Shown: positions 25,548 through 37,794 of the stretch, piece by piece | How the letters are laid out: every line of letters starts with the position of its first letter | Position numbering within the stretch: the stretch's first letter is position 1 | DNA from: Octopus sinensis | Lineage: Eukaryota | Assembly: GCF_006345805.1 (NCBI RefSeq) | Contig: NC_043004.1 | Location: forward strand, 53,382,001 to 53,446,000 | Length of the DNA stretch: 64,000 nucleotides | Direction of reading: 5' to 3' | Program-made: the position numbers and the translations under genes | The notes under the pieces: generated by a model | Database searches by the model: none | Seen by the model: only the letters and a program-made list of their open reading frames with translations | What the model was told of the DNA's origin: nothing

Positions 25548-26394
25548 TAGGTGGTTGAAAAGTAACTCTTAAAATACTTATATCTTATTTATTAACTATA
25601 ATATTTTAGAAGAAATGAATATCTGACGAAAGCACATAGCATGGAGTTTTATTTAAAATTTGATATAGGCACCAGCATTTGCCACCAGCTTCTCAAGCCA
25701 CCGGACACAGCTTCAAATGATTTCATCTGGAACTCTTTTGGATTGAAGACATAATTTCTCGTATTCACCCTTCACGTTCTTTCAAAGTCGTTGTTTTGAT
25801 AGTGTAGACTTCCTCCTTTAATGAATCCCAATAAAAAATGTTGCAGGGTGTTAAATCAGGGTTTCTGGCCGTCCAATAGTGTGGATCTCGAGGACACATC
25901 CATCTCCCAGGGAAGTGGGCATTCAACCATTCATGAACAACAATAGCAAAATACGGAGTAGCGCCATCTTACATAAAAATCAAATCTTCAATGTTCTCCC
26001 AGGAACTGATAACTGTCCAGATTTCATTTTTCAGCATGGTGAGGTAACTTTTAGATTTCATGGTATTGCAAAGAATGAAAGGATCCCCACAATCCTGTCC
26101 GAAGTCATTCCATACCATACTGTTACTTTGTGCCGATTCTGCATTTTTTCATGGGTATTACGAGGATCATCTCCTGCCCAGTAGAGGCAGCTGTGATGGC
26201 TCACAAACCCACCGATGTGGAATACCGCTTCATAACTTCAGAGGATATTTTTAACGATATCAGACCATATTTGCAGAGCTTCTACGATCTGAAAATACAA
26301 CGTAGTATCAATTCGCATACATTCAAGAAAAAATTATAGTTAAAAAATAAATCAAAAGTATTCTAAAATAGGGAGTTACTTTTCAATCACCCTA
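25548..26394 (-). mobile_element. Tc1/mariner DD41D (rosa-type) transposon, deleted and degraded
   Basis: TIR pair TAGG(G)TG(G/A)TTGAAAAGTAACTC at 25548 and ending 26394; SYEAVFHIGGFV..KVTVWYG..DGATPY..FPGRW..RNPDLTPCN, with 41 residues between the second and third catalytic positions. Confidence 0.8.
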
Positions 26395-26405
26395 TATGTG
26401 TCTGT

Positions 26406-26460
<55 letters not shown>

Positions 26461-26967
26461 GCAGGCAGAAAGACAGACAGACAGACAGAGACACAGACAG
26501 AGAAAGAAAGATGAAAACTTATTTTCGAACGTAGAAACAGCAGAATTATACATCTCCGTTAGAACAGCAGAATTATTGGGGAAATTACCTTAACAGAACT
26601 GAAAATGCATGTTTCAATGCTTATAAAAAATATTAGTTTGTTTATAATTATATACAATTTGTTGTGCATTTAGCATTATAGTGTCTAAAATTGCGGATTA
26701 ATTTGTTAGCGAGGTCGGAGACTTCAAGCGTTGTGGGTTCGATTCCCATGGTTGATTGTTGACGAACATTTCTGCCTTGTAAAAGTAATTTATTCAATAT
26801 TCCTGCTGCTCTAACAAGGTTTCTGCGTTCGAAAATAAATTATGGTATTATTTGTATCTTACAATACACATTTCAACGATTATAAAATAACAATTGTTTC
26901 TTTCTTTATACTTATATACACGTATGTCTCTGTGTGTGTGTATACACGTATATATATATATATATTA

Positions 26968-27035
<68 letters not shown>

Positions 27036-27041
<6 letters not shown>

Positions 27042-27923
27042 CTCACTACAGGTATCCGTTGTACCGAATTCAAAAGTTCGTTATTTCTATATTGAATCAG
27101 TTTGGGAATTAATCTCATATATTTTTTTCTCTTCAGTAGAAAATACGATAAGAAATAAATGAAATACTTACACGCACCCAGTGAAGAAAGCAAAAGCAAA
27201 AGTACATATAAGTACCCCCTTTATATCTAAATATAAAATCCGTTGGCTAGCCTCAGTACACGTGTGAACTGTTCTCCACCACAGCTTATACTGGTTACCA
27301 GTCCCTATAGTGAATAGTAATAAATCTACAACTACTAATTTAGGATGAAGTTTTTTACAGAAAAAATTTCATCAAAAAGTGGCAGCATATTAAAATTATA
27401 AACAACTTAAAACAAGAGCAAAAGAAAATTATTTACCTGCTGATAACAGATTTTTAAATCGTCAACTTCTACATATTATATTCTCACTACAGAAATACGT
27501 TGCACAGAAATCACGTATATATATTGTACTATATATTGTACTATATATTGTACTTATATATGTATATATATATATATTATATATATATATATATCTATAT
27601 ATATATATATATATATATATATTGTAATGTATATATATATATGTATCGTTTTTACGTCGTTTTTGTCACATTTTTTTTCTTTCCTTGTTTTTACCCCTCT
27701 GCAAAGTAATTTTATTTAATTCTTTCGCAGGAAGGGCTAGTTCGACGAGTCGTCTTCTGTCCTCACCTTCGAAACACGCTGGAGTTGAACTAGGGACAGC
27801 TGATGAAGGGGAATTTTCCTTGTGGAATTTGTCTTGTACTCTGTTTTTTCTGAGCGCCCTCGTGTCGATTCGATGCGTTCGTTTCGTTTCCTTTCCTCCA
27901 AGTAAGTTTATATATATATAATA

Positions 27924-27987
<64 letters not shown>

Positions 27988-28489
27988 CTCACTACAGGTA
28001 TCCGTTGTACCGAATTCAAAAGTTCGTTATTTCTATATTGAATCAGTTTGGGAATTAATCTCATATATTTTTTTCTCTTCAGTAGAAAATACGATAAGAA
28101 ATAAATGAAATACTTACACGCACCCAGTGAAGAAAGCAAAAGCAAAAGTACATATAAGTACCCCCTTTATATCTAAATATAAAATCCGTTGCTAGCCTCA
28201 GTACACGTGTGAACTGTTCTCCACCACAGCTTATACTGGTTACCAGTCCCTATAGTGAATAGTAATAAATCTACAACTACTAATTTAGGATGAAGTTTTT
28301 TACAGAAAAAATTTCATCAAAAAGTGGCAGCATATTAAAATTATAAACAACTTAAAACAAGAGCAAAAGAAAATTATTTACCTGCTGATAACAGATTTTT
28401 AAATCGTCAACTTCTACATATTATATTCTCACTACAGAAATACGTTGCACAGAAATCACGTATATATATTGTACTATATATTGTACTTA

Positions 28490-28557
<68 letters not shown>

Positions 28558-28836
28558 AATGTATATATATATATGTATCGTTTTTACGTCGTTTTTGTCA
28601 CATTTTTTTTCTTTCCTTGTTTTTACCCCTCTGCAAAGTAATTTTATTTAATTCTTTCGCAGGAAGGGCTAGTTCGACGAGTCGTCTTCTGTCCTCACCT
28701 TCGAAACACGCTGGAGTTGAACTAGGGACAGCTGATGAAGGGGAATTTTCCTTGTGGAATTTGTCTTGTACTCTGTTTTTTCTGAGCGCCCTCGTGTCGA
28801 TTCGATGCGTTCGTTTCGTTTCCTTTCCTCCAAGTA

Positions 28837-28875
<39 letters not shown>
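27036..28875. repeat. Tandem duplication, ~946-bp period, bounded by (TA)n
   Basis: ACTCACTACAGGTATCCG at 27041 and 27987; copies nearly identical. Confidence 0.95.
27685..27910 (+). mobile_element. Penelope-like pseudo-LTR cassette; duplicate at ~28615-28842
   Basis: TTTCGCAG|GAAGG...CCTTCGAAAC...CTGATGAAGGGG...CCAA|GTAAGT. Confidence 0.5.
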
Positions 28876-28879
<4 letters not shown>

Positions 28880-29278
28880 TCTCAGCACATTATCACATAT
28901 GGCAGAAATTACACACACTGAATTATGTTTTGAATCATCTTCACATTACGTTGAAAAACAGTAACATGACTCGTGAGCGATTAGACCCGAATTGTCTCCT
29001 TCATATCTCATTGTTGCTTTTGCCCTCGTAATCGATTAGGCAGTTTCTACTGAGGATCCACAGATAATTGATTACTTATTAATGGTGAAACTTCGAAGTA
29101 TAGCAATACCTGGTTGACAAAATATTTTCAAATTGTTTGCAAGGTTATATGCAACGTGCTATATATGGGAACGTATTTTTAGTGCTCTGAAGATATGACA
29201 TTTTCTTTCAGCAGGCGAGGAAACCAGTCAGTGATTCTTCTCTTAATGTATAATTACCTGTGGATATACAAACTTATT

Positions 29279-29334
<56 letters not shown>

Positions 29335-29338
<4 letters not shown>

Positions 29339-29990
29339 GTCGGAGTGTGGCAAGAAGCTTGGTTCTCAACCACATGATTCCGCGATCAGTACCACTGCGT
29401 GTCACTTTGAGGAAGAGACTTCTGCTATAGTCTCTAACCTACCAAAGCCTTGTGAGTGGATATGGTCGTCAGAAACTGAAAGGAGCCAGTTGTATATATA
29501 GCTATGGGCTCCGTGTGAGCAGCCATCTAAAAGTTTTTTGTGCATCCTGATGTTGACATATGTTCCTTGCTTTTCCTGATGAGAAAGCGGCATAATATAC
29601 TCCTTATGCCTTTGCAATTAGGAATATGCAGTCTTCGAAACATATGTCGAAAATAAAGGAATTTTGTTAATTCTTCGTTCAACTCCATTCTTAGTTAGTG
29701 AAGCTTTACTATAGCGTCGTAAATTTATCGATTGATATTTCCAGTAAACATTGGTACCATGTTGTAACACTACACTCTCCCCCAATATATATATATGTAT
29801 ATAAAGTTAATCCAAACATGAAAACACAAAGAGAAAACACAAGAACGCGAGGACGTGGAACAAATATAGTATTATTGGACAGACTGTTTTAAAAAAATAA
29901 GTCCTGGGATGATATCTTCGACGAAAAGTCATTAAGGCGGCGCCTCAGTATGAACGCAGTCAAATGACTGCAACAAGTAAAAGATAAAAG
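29335..29990 (+). mobile_element. SINE family A (29335-29500 plus 29895-29990) with two nested insertions in its internal microsatellite
   Basis: The head and the 3' half (..GCAGTCAAATGACTG..AAAAGATAAAAGA) are separated by two different pseudo-LTR-type sequences. Confidence 0.7.
29571..29653 (+). ncRNA. Type I hammerhead ribozyme with intact core and expanded stem II
   Basis: Stem I UUUUC/GAAAA; CUGAUGA 29576-29582; G10.1-C11.1; GAAA 29637-29640; palindromic stem III ACAUAUGU; GUC cleavage triplet ending 29648. Confidence 0.8.
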
Positions 29991-30114
29991 ATATATACAC
30001 GTATGTATATATATATATATATAAAGGGAAAGTTTACGAAAAAAACAAAAGACGAAGGCAGGTGGAGGTACAAACAAACAAATGTATTAGTATAGCGCTC
30101 AGGAATAGAAAAAG

Positions 30115-30152
30115 TCTTTTACGTTTCGAGCCTACGCTCTTCGACAGAAAGA
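30115..30152 (-). ncRNA. Minimal type I hammerhead-like motif (A6U core variant) in a Penelope-like pseudo-LTR (~30015-30225)
   Basis: UCUUU-CUGUCGAA-GAGC(GUAG)GCUC-GAAACGU-A-AAAGA: perfect stems I and II, palindromic ACGU, GUA triplet. Confidence 0.72.
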
Positions 30153-31009
30153 TACACAGAAAAAGACAAGGAGAGAAACAAGGAGAGAAAAAAATGTAGT
30201 AGCTAACGATCTATCATGGCATGTATGTATATATGTGTTTGTAGATATAAACGTGTTTCTGCATCTCCGTCTGTCTTGTGTGTGCGTGTCTGTGCTTAAA
30301 TTTAATGTTCGGTTCACAACTCTAAAAGTAACAAATTTTCAATGTTTCGTGTGCTGGATACAATCTATTTCGTCCTCAGTTTAAAATCCGTAATTACATG
30401 ATTTCCGAGTGAAGCCTTTGTTTTTTTTTAAATAGAGAAACTTAGCGCTAGATATTCAAATATGCCTACTCAAATACATACATACATACATACATGCATG
30501 CATGCATGCATATATACATACATACATACATGCATAGATGCATGCGTACATACATATATACATGCATTCATACATTCTTACAGACAAACATGTGAATCTT
30601 TTCAGGCATACACATCTTCATGCATTCAATTGTCCTGTTGATGTGACTGTCTCTTTGAAAATCAAAAAGGTAGAGGATAGCTGCTTCGAAACCTCCGGTT
30701 ATATTACCACTTTATAAATTCGCATTTATTTTAATAATAATTGGTGCACTGAGTTTTGTGTGTAAATGCCTAAATGTCAATCTGAATAATTCAGTGATTT
30801 CAGAAGACATCAACCAACTAACTCGCACATTATAAATGCAATCTGTGAGTGGAAGAGTAAGTAAAAAAATCTTACATTTCTCTCAGATTTACAATGTGGA
30901 TTTTTCCATCAGTATTCCAAAATAGAGTTGTGTATCTTTGTCAGAAAACAGATCTTTCCTCAGAGAAAAATTTCAAAGACTTAAAGACGGAGGAGAACGT
31001 ACATGAATA

Positions 31010-31378
31010 GATACGTTGATACATACATACGTACTTACATACTACATACATCCCTGTGTGCATGCATACGTACATATACACGTCCGTAGTACGTACATAT
31101 ATGCATACGTCCGTACGTACGTACATACATGCATACATACATACAATCGTACGTACGTATGTACACACATGCAAGCATAAATACATACATGCATATATCT
31201 CTGTGTGCATGAATACGTACGTACATACATCCGTAGTTTCGTACGTACATACGTTCAAAGTCACATTCATACATGCATACATACATACATACATACATAC
31301 ATACATACATACATACATACATACATACATACATACATACATACATACATACGTACGTACGTACGTACGTACATACAA
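31010..31378. repeat. Compound (TACA)n/(TACG)n tetranucleotide tract
   Basis: Direct reading. Confidence 0.95.
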
Positions 31379-32565
31379 ATCGCATGGGTGGATATCTTGA
31401 CAGTCGTGGATATTTCGTGGATATCAATAGCCGGCATCAGCATGATCATAGTCCAAACATTTCTGTCAATACTCAACTAGATTAAATTCCTGCAAAGGGC
31501 GTGGAACATATTTATGATTATGATCATGCGCAGAGTTGAAACAAATATGAACCAAGAGAAATGATTGAGTGTCTTGAAGCATGTATTTGAACATCATAGA
31601 CAAATACACAGCTGCACTCGGAGTCGATGAAATAAAGTACCAGTCATATACGGCGTCGTTGGAATCGAATCAACTCTCTCCTTAAATACTTTGGGATAAA
31701 TCAGAAGCCATGTTTATTATTCGTCATTCATCTGCCATCACTTGTTACATAGGATGATCTCCAGTCTCTAAAGGCTCAAGAAAATTTCTGCGTTGAAAGC
31801 GGAAGATGTTTTTTGTTTCTTTTTTCATTTCTCGTTGAGCAATGCAGAATAAGGCATTCTGAACAATTTCGACATTATTTCCTTTGCAAAACGAGTGGGA
31901 TATGCGGTTAGGTTTGGCAGTTTATGATTTTCCTGGTAGATTTATAGACAAAAAAAACAAGGGAAATATAAACCCATACAGCACACGTAAATGCTTACCT
32001 GATGAAAAGTTGTCATCATGCAAATACTTCCAGCAAAATAAACGAAAAAAATATTACGATAAAACGCACTCAAGAATATGTATATATCCAGAAATTTACG
32101 AAAAATAATTTTATAGATGAATACAGTATTCATACACAAGCTTGATTCGATTTTTATATTTGATTGATTTAACATGGTGAAGCTCGGTAAGAAAGATTCT
32201 GTCAGTAAATAGCCACTATTACTTCTAAACAAGTTATTGATAAAAGAAAAAATTACGTAAGTAGGCACAGCCGGAGGCATGTACTTTCCTGGTTCCAACA
32301 AAGCAGCGATATGCGTGTCTTTATCTATAATTCGAAGAAATGCGGAAAAAGAATGTAAACAAGCTCAAAAGATTATAAACACTACACTTCCTTATGAATT
32401 TTACTCACAACACTCGGAGTAACGGAACAAGAGTAAGATTGATGTACATTGATAACAACATTAACCCTCAACCCACCGTCGGATAATTGTGCAGTGGATT
32501 CAGGTAGTGAGTGCTAGTGCATCAAGAATAACATGCAGTCGAATGAGCGTTTAATGGTTATAAAG

Positions 32566-32808
32566 GGCGGTGAGATGGCAGAAACGTTAGCACGCCGGGC
32601 GAAACGCTTTGCGGTATTTCGTCCGCCGCTACGTTCTGAGTTCAAATTCCACCGAGGTTGACTTTACCTTTCATCCTTTCGGGGTCGATAAATTAAGTAC
32701 CAGTTTCGCACTGGGGTCGATAAATCGACTTAATTCGTTTGTCTGTCGTTGTTTGTCCTCTCTCTGTTTAGCCCCTTGTGGGTAGTAAAGAAATAGGTTA
32801 TAAATTTC
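32566..32808 (+). mobile_element. Full-length CORE-type tRNA-derived SINE
   Basis: GGCGGTGAGATGGCAGAAACG..GAGTTCAAATTCC (B box)..TTTCATCCTTTCGGGGTCGATAAATTAAGTACCAG..GTAGTAAAGAAATAGGT. Confidence 0.88.
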
Positions 32809-33015
32809 CTTCTGATCAGGGTGACCACATTCAAGGAACGTTCCAAATCAGATATGTAGAAGGAATAGTAATAAGCTTGTTGTTGCATAGCAGACCACGA
32901 AGTTGTTATACGTGTAGTAGAAAATAAAAAAGAAACACTTGCATATTTTCTGCATGCATCGACAGCGAATAGTGTAAGACAACAGTATCGAGTCTACATC
33001 TCCCGATGATGCTGT

Positions 33016-33530
33016 CAGGTCATCCCATAAGTTCTGTCTGATTTTTACCCTTTTTAAAATTGAATATATTTAATAGTATTTTAGAATGTCTAATGGAATT
33101 AAAAATTATTTTTATGCATTTGTGTACATTTAAACTAACTAAATATTATTTTATAGAATAATAGAATTAAAATGTCTTTGATTAAAACCCTTCCTAAAAT
33201 GGAAGTATCCAAAGTGCATTTGTGGCACATAATGCTTTATGGGTACAAAATAGGAAACTCTGGAGCCGAAGCGACTCGAAACATATACTCAGTTTATGGG
33301 AAATAATGCTTGAATAAAAGAATTTGCAGAAGATGGTTTGCAAAATTCAGAAGTGAAGATTTCAGCCTTAAAGATGAAGATGGAACAGGACGTCCAGCTG
33401 AGTTTGATGACAAGCTCCTTGAAGCATTACTGGAAGAAAATCCTGCATCATCAGTTAAAGAATTGGCAATAAAGCCTAGTTCAAACTATACAACTATTCA
33501 TCGTTATCCTCAAGAAGTTGGAAATACCCT
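33016..33530 (+). mobile_element. Mariner 5' fragment (transposase HTH region from ATG 33199)
   Basis: MEVSKVHLWHIMLY..AEATRNI..CRRWFAKFRSEDFSLKDE..GRP..LLEENP; stop codons present, no DDD domain. Confidence 0.8.
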
Positions 33531-35004
33531 AACCACTAAGCCATGCGCCGTCTCACTCTCTCTTTCTCTCGCTCCCTCTACCACACACAGATACACACTT
33601 TCTCTGAATATTTATCTATCTATCTATATATATATATATATATATTTGTGAGATTGGGAGAAGGGCGAGAGAAAAGGTGTACAAGAAAACATAGTGCATA
33701 GGAAAAATTTGAATGAAAAAATCATTTACGTTTCTAGCTTGCAGTCTTGTAGATATAGAAGAGACAGGAGAGGAAAACATGGAGAGAGAAGAGAACAAAT
33801 ATATCTCAATTAGACAGTTACCACATAAACGTTGAAATGACAATATTTAAGTCATGCGAAGATAAATGTTTTCAGAGGGTGGATTTTTCTTTCGATTTTC
33901 GACTCTATTCGTTAATCTATATGTATTTAAATATATATAACAGATAGTGAGGGATTATCAATCCGGGTAAAATACTTCATAAGCTCTCTTTTAGAACACG
34001 AGACTAACAGTATTACTTAGATTGTGGAAGAAGTTCATGTAATCTGTTTGTAGGGTCTCATGTTATGATTGATCAGAAATCTATATTGTATATCCGTGGC
34101 AGGGCTTCAGATAAACTGGTTTTTATAGAATATATAAAAGACAAATCAAAAATAATGTTCACTACATATAATTCCTTTATTAGAGCAAATTTGGTTAACA
34201 GTTGTTTCCAGTAGCCATTATGGATAGCTCTACTGAATTGGCTTATTAATCAATTGACGTGAATTGAACGACCTAAGAAAATTAATGCAGCTTTCGTCAG
34301 AGCTATTGCTGAAAGTAACAAACAGAACACTTGAAGAATGGCTATTCTATAAGGGAAGTAAGGAAAATTGGGTTATGTATAATAGGTGAAGGAAGGATAC
34401 AATAAGGTGGTAGCAAATGAGGCAGTGGTATTTAGTAGGAGTAGCAGTAGAAGTATAAGTAGTAGGATTAGTAGTTGTAGTAGCAGGAATATTGTATTGC
34501 CAAATTTGGAAGAAAGACAGTCACAAACGAGATCTCATTATTTACTTTAATATTTCGCCATTTCATTGTTTCGAACATATTGGACTCTTGTATCCATTAA
34601 AAGACTCTGTTCCTCTTCCTCATCCCCATCACCATCATCATCATTGCCATCTTCACATCATTATCATCATGCAAATGTATTGGAGGAGGACACTTGTCTT
34701 TAATGGAACATAGTAGTTCAAGATTTTATTTGGCTTGCCCTGAATCACCTTATTTGGTTACGCCACCAAATTTTGGGGAAATCCTTTCTTTTCCTTAGTT
34801 TTATATTCAACCGTTTTCCTACATTATATTAGCCATTTATTATTTACTTATTTATTTATTTTTAGGGTTATTGTTGATCTCACATATTTAATCGAATGAA
34901 ATCAACCTATGTTTCTTGCTTCATGTTTTATTTTCTATTTCTCCTTTATGTAATCCTACACATCTTGGGCATTTTCACCAATAAAAGAATCCATTATTCA
35001 TTAT

Positions 35005-35060
<56 letters not shown>

Positions 35061-35073
35061 GTTGTTGTTGTTG

Positions 35074-35144
<71 letters not shown>

Positions 35145-36015
35145 GGCGTTGCTATTATTATCATTGTTCTTGTCATTACCAGCACCAAAAATATAGGATT
35201 TTTAAGAATAGCAACCCTTGAACTACATTCTGCTCCCCCTATATGCTTTACTCCAATCAAAAATATATCAGAACAATAAAGCACACACGTATATATTGTA
35301 TAGATGCATACCCATATGTGTGTGTATGTGCATGTATTATAAGCTATATACATATAGATACACACACACACACACACGTATATATATATATATATGTATG
35401 CATGTATGTATATATATATCGACTATACTTCTTCTTCCCGAATTTCTATCTTCCATCAATGCAAGGTAATTTTGTAGAAATTCTTCTCTCATCCATTTCA
35501 CGTTTCTTGTTATTTCCTAGATTTTTCTTTAATGCATTTCTATATTTATTACGAGTTCATTCTATTTGATTCCCTCTTAATAAATATTTCTTTGATGCGT
35601 CGCACATCAAGTCATGTTTATTTCCCCTATAATGCTTTTGATTTTCCTAACATTCATAGTTCTGCTTTGAGCTGGAAAAAGAAGAAAAAATGGATTTTCG
35701 AGTTCCACAATGCATAACGTAAATTTTCTATTCTATTGTGTAGTTAACTTTATTTTTTATTTTTTTGGTGGGGTTCTTTGGGGTTTTATTCATTTATTCA
35801 TTTATTTATTTGTAGCTGATATTTGGTAAATCCATTGAATGGGACCGTTGATATTGAATAGATATCATAACATGACATTTTCAGTTATTCTGTATTTCTC
35901 GTGAATGTATGTATGCTTGCATATTGAGCGAGTTATTTGCATATACTCACGCGCACGCCTACACATCTGTGCGCGCTTGTACGTAATCGTTAAGTCACAC
36001 GCGCTCTTCTTCATG

Positions 36016-36068
<53 letters not shown>

Positions 36069-36479
36069 GAATACATATGCATATAAATGTAAACAGGAAA
36101 AAGTAAAGAGAAAAATTGGCTACACGAAGTGGTCCGTAGTAAATTACTAGAAATGAATTTTACCAAATAGCTACTCAGAGTTTCACATTATTGGTCGTTA
36201 AACAATTATATAAAACAGAACATTAAATATGGTAAAAGATAACCACAGAGTAAAACGTTTTAGCATCATAGCGAGTTCTGGTCGATTGAAATACATTATC
36301 AATGGAACATTTTTGGTTAACGATCCAACTGTTGCTTACAATATTGTGGAACGCTTGGTTGTTATTGAATAAACATACTGATGATTTATACAAGGCCACG
36401 CAATAAGCATGGAAGTTTAAATGCTCTAATAAGAATATATCTTTGTACGTGAAATTCATATAAAAGAAAATAGTATATA

Positions 36480-37794
36480 CGAGGGGCGTTCAATAAGTAA
36501 TGCCTCGACCCACTTGCAGTTGTTTGATCTAGCTGAAAGTTTGCATGTGCAATTATTTATATCTCTATAGATTAAGTGGAAAATTACAGCTCTGAACTAA
36601 TTGTGGTCTCTGATTTACAGGTGTTTGAACTGAGTCGAGTGTGAATGGAGCCTGTTGAGTGTCGAGCAGTGATCCGGTTTTTGTATTTGAAAGGACGCAC
36701 ACCACGGGAGACTTTTGATGAAATGAAAGTAACTTATGGTGATGATGTCTCATCATATAACCTTGTAAAACGCTGGCATCGTGAATTCAAACATGGTCGG
36801 AACTCTGTGGAAATAGCTCCCAGATCTGGTCGTCCCACTTCTGCCATTGATGAGGCATCTGTCCGTCAAGTTGAGGCTGTCATTTGGAATGCGTCGATCT
36901 TCCAAAATGGAAGATCGACGCATAACTATTCGCCAAATACCCCATGAGGTCAAGATTAGTACCGGGTCTGTGGAAACTATCATTCATGACCATTTGCATA
37001 TGCAAAAGGTGTCTGCCAGATGGATTCCCAGGTGTCTCACACCTTTCCAGAAGCAAGAACGCGTCGAGTGCTCGAGGATGAATTTGGAGATGTGCCAAGA
37101 AGATGAGTCAAAATGTTTCAAAAGACTGATTACACAGGATGAAACCTGGGCCCATCACTATGATCCAGAGACCAAAGCCCAGTCAATGCAGTGGAAGCAC
37201 CGTGACTCACCTCCTCCAAAGAAAGCAAGGGTGCAACCCTCCGCTGGCAAGGTCATGCTCACAGTCTTCTGGGACCAGGACGGAGTAGTGATGACAGATT
37301 TCCTGGCAAAGGGTACCACAATTACAGGAGCCTATTATGCTTCACTTTTGAGGAAATTAAGAGAAGCTATCAAAATCAAGAGGCGGGGCAAGATCAGCAA
37401 AGGCATCCTCCTCTTGCAGGACAACGCTCCGGTCCACAACTTGCGTGTCGCCAGATCAGAAGCACAGGCGTGCGGCTATGAACTCCTCCCCCATCCCCCC
37501 GACTCTCCTGACCTTGCACCCTCTGATTTTCACCTCTTCCCAGCCATGAAGTTGTTTTTGAAAGGAAAGCGTTTCCCAGATGATGCAGCCTTGATTTCTG
37601 AAGTCACGTCGTGGTTGGAGGACCAAGCTTGGGTCTTCTACAAAAAACGGTCTCCAGAGCTGCATCAAATGATGGGAGAAATGCGTAACTCTTGGTGGTT
37701 CCTATGTAGAAAAAGACTAATAACTGTGCCAAGTTTCGTTGCTCTACTGCTATGGGAGGTGGGTCAGGGGCATTACTTATTGAACGCCCCTCAA
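36480..37794 (+). mobile_element. Full-length mariner (DD34D, irritans/Hsmar2-like ends)
   Basis: ~35-bp TIRs CGAGGGGCGTTCAATAAGTAATGCC..GACCCAC, flanking TA dinucleotides, ~1.3 kb. Confidence 0.95.
36645..37720 (+). pseudogene. Mariner transposase with two frameshifts
   Basis: WIPR, ITQDETW, LQDNAPVH, SPDLAPSDF (34 residues D to D); 22-bp insertion near 36885; shift in an A run near 37645. Confidence 0.93.
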
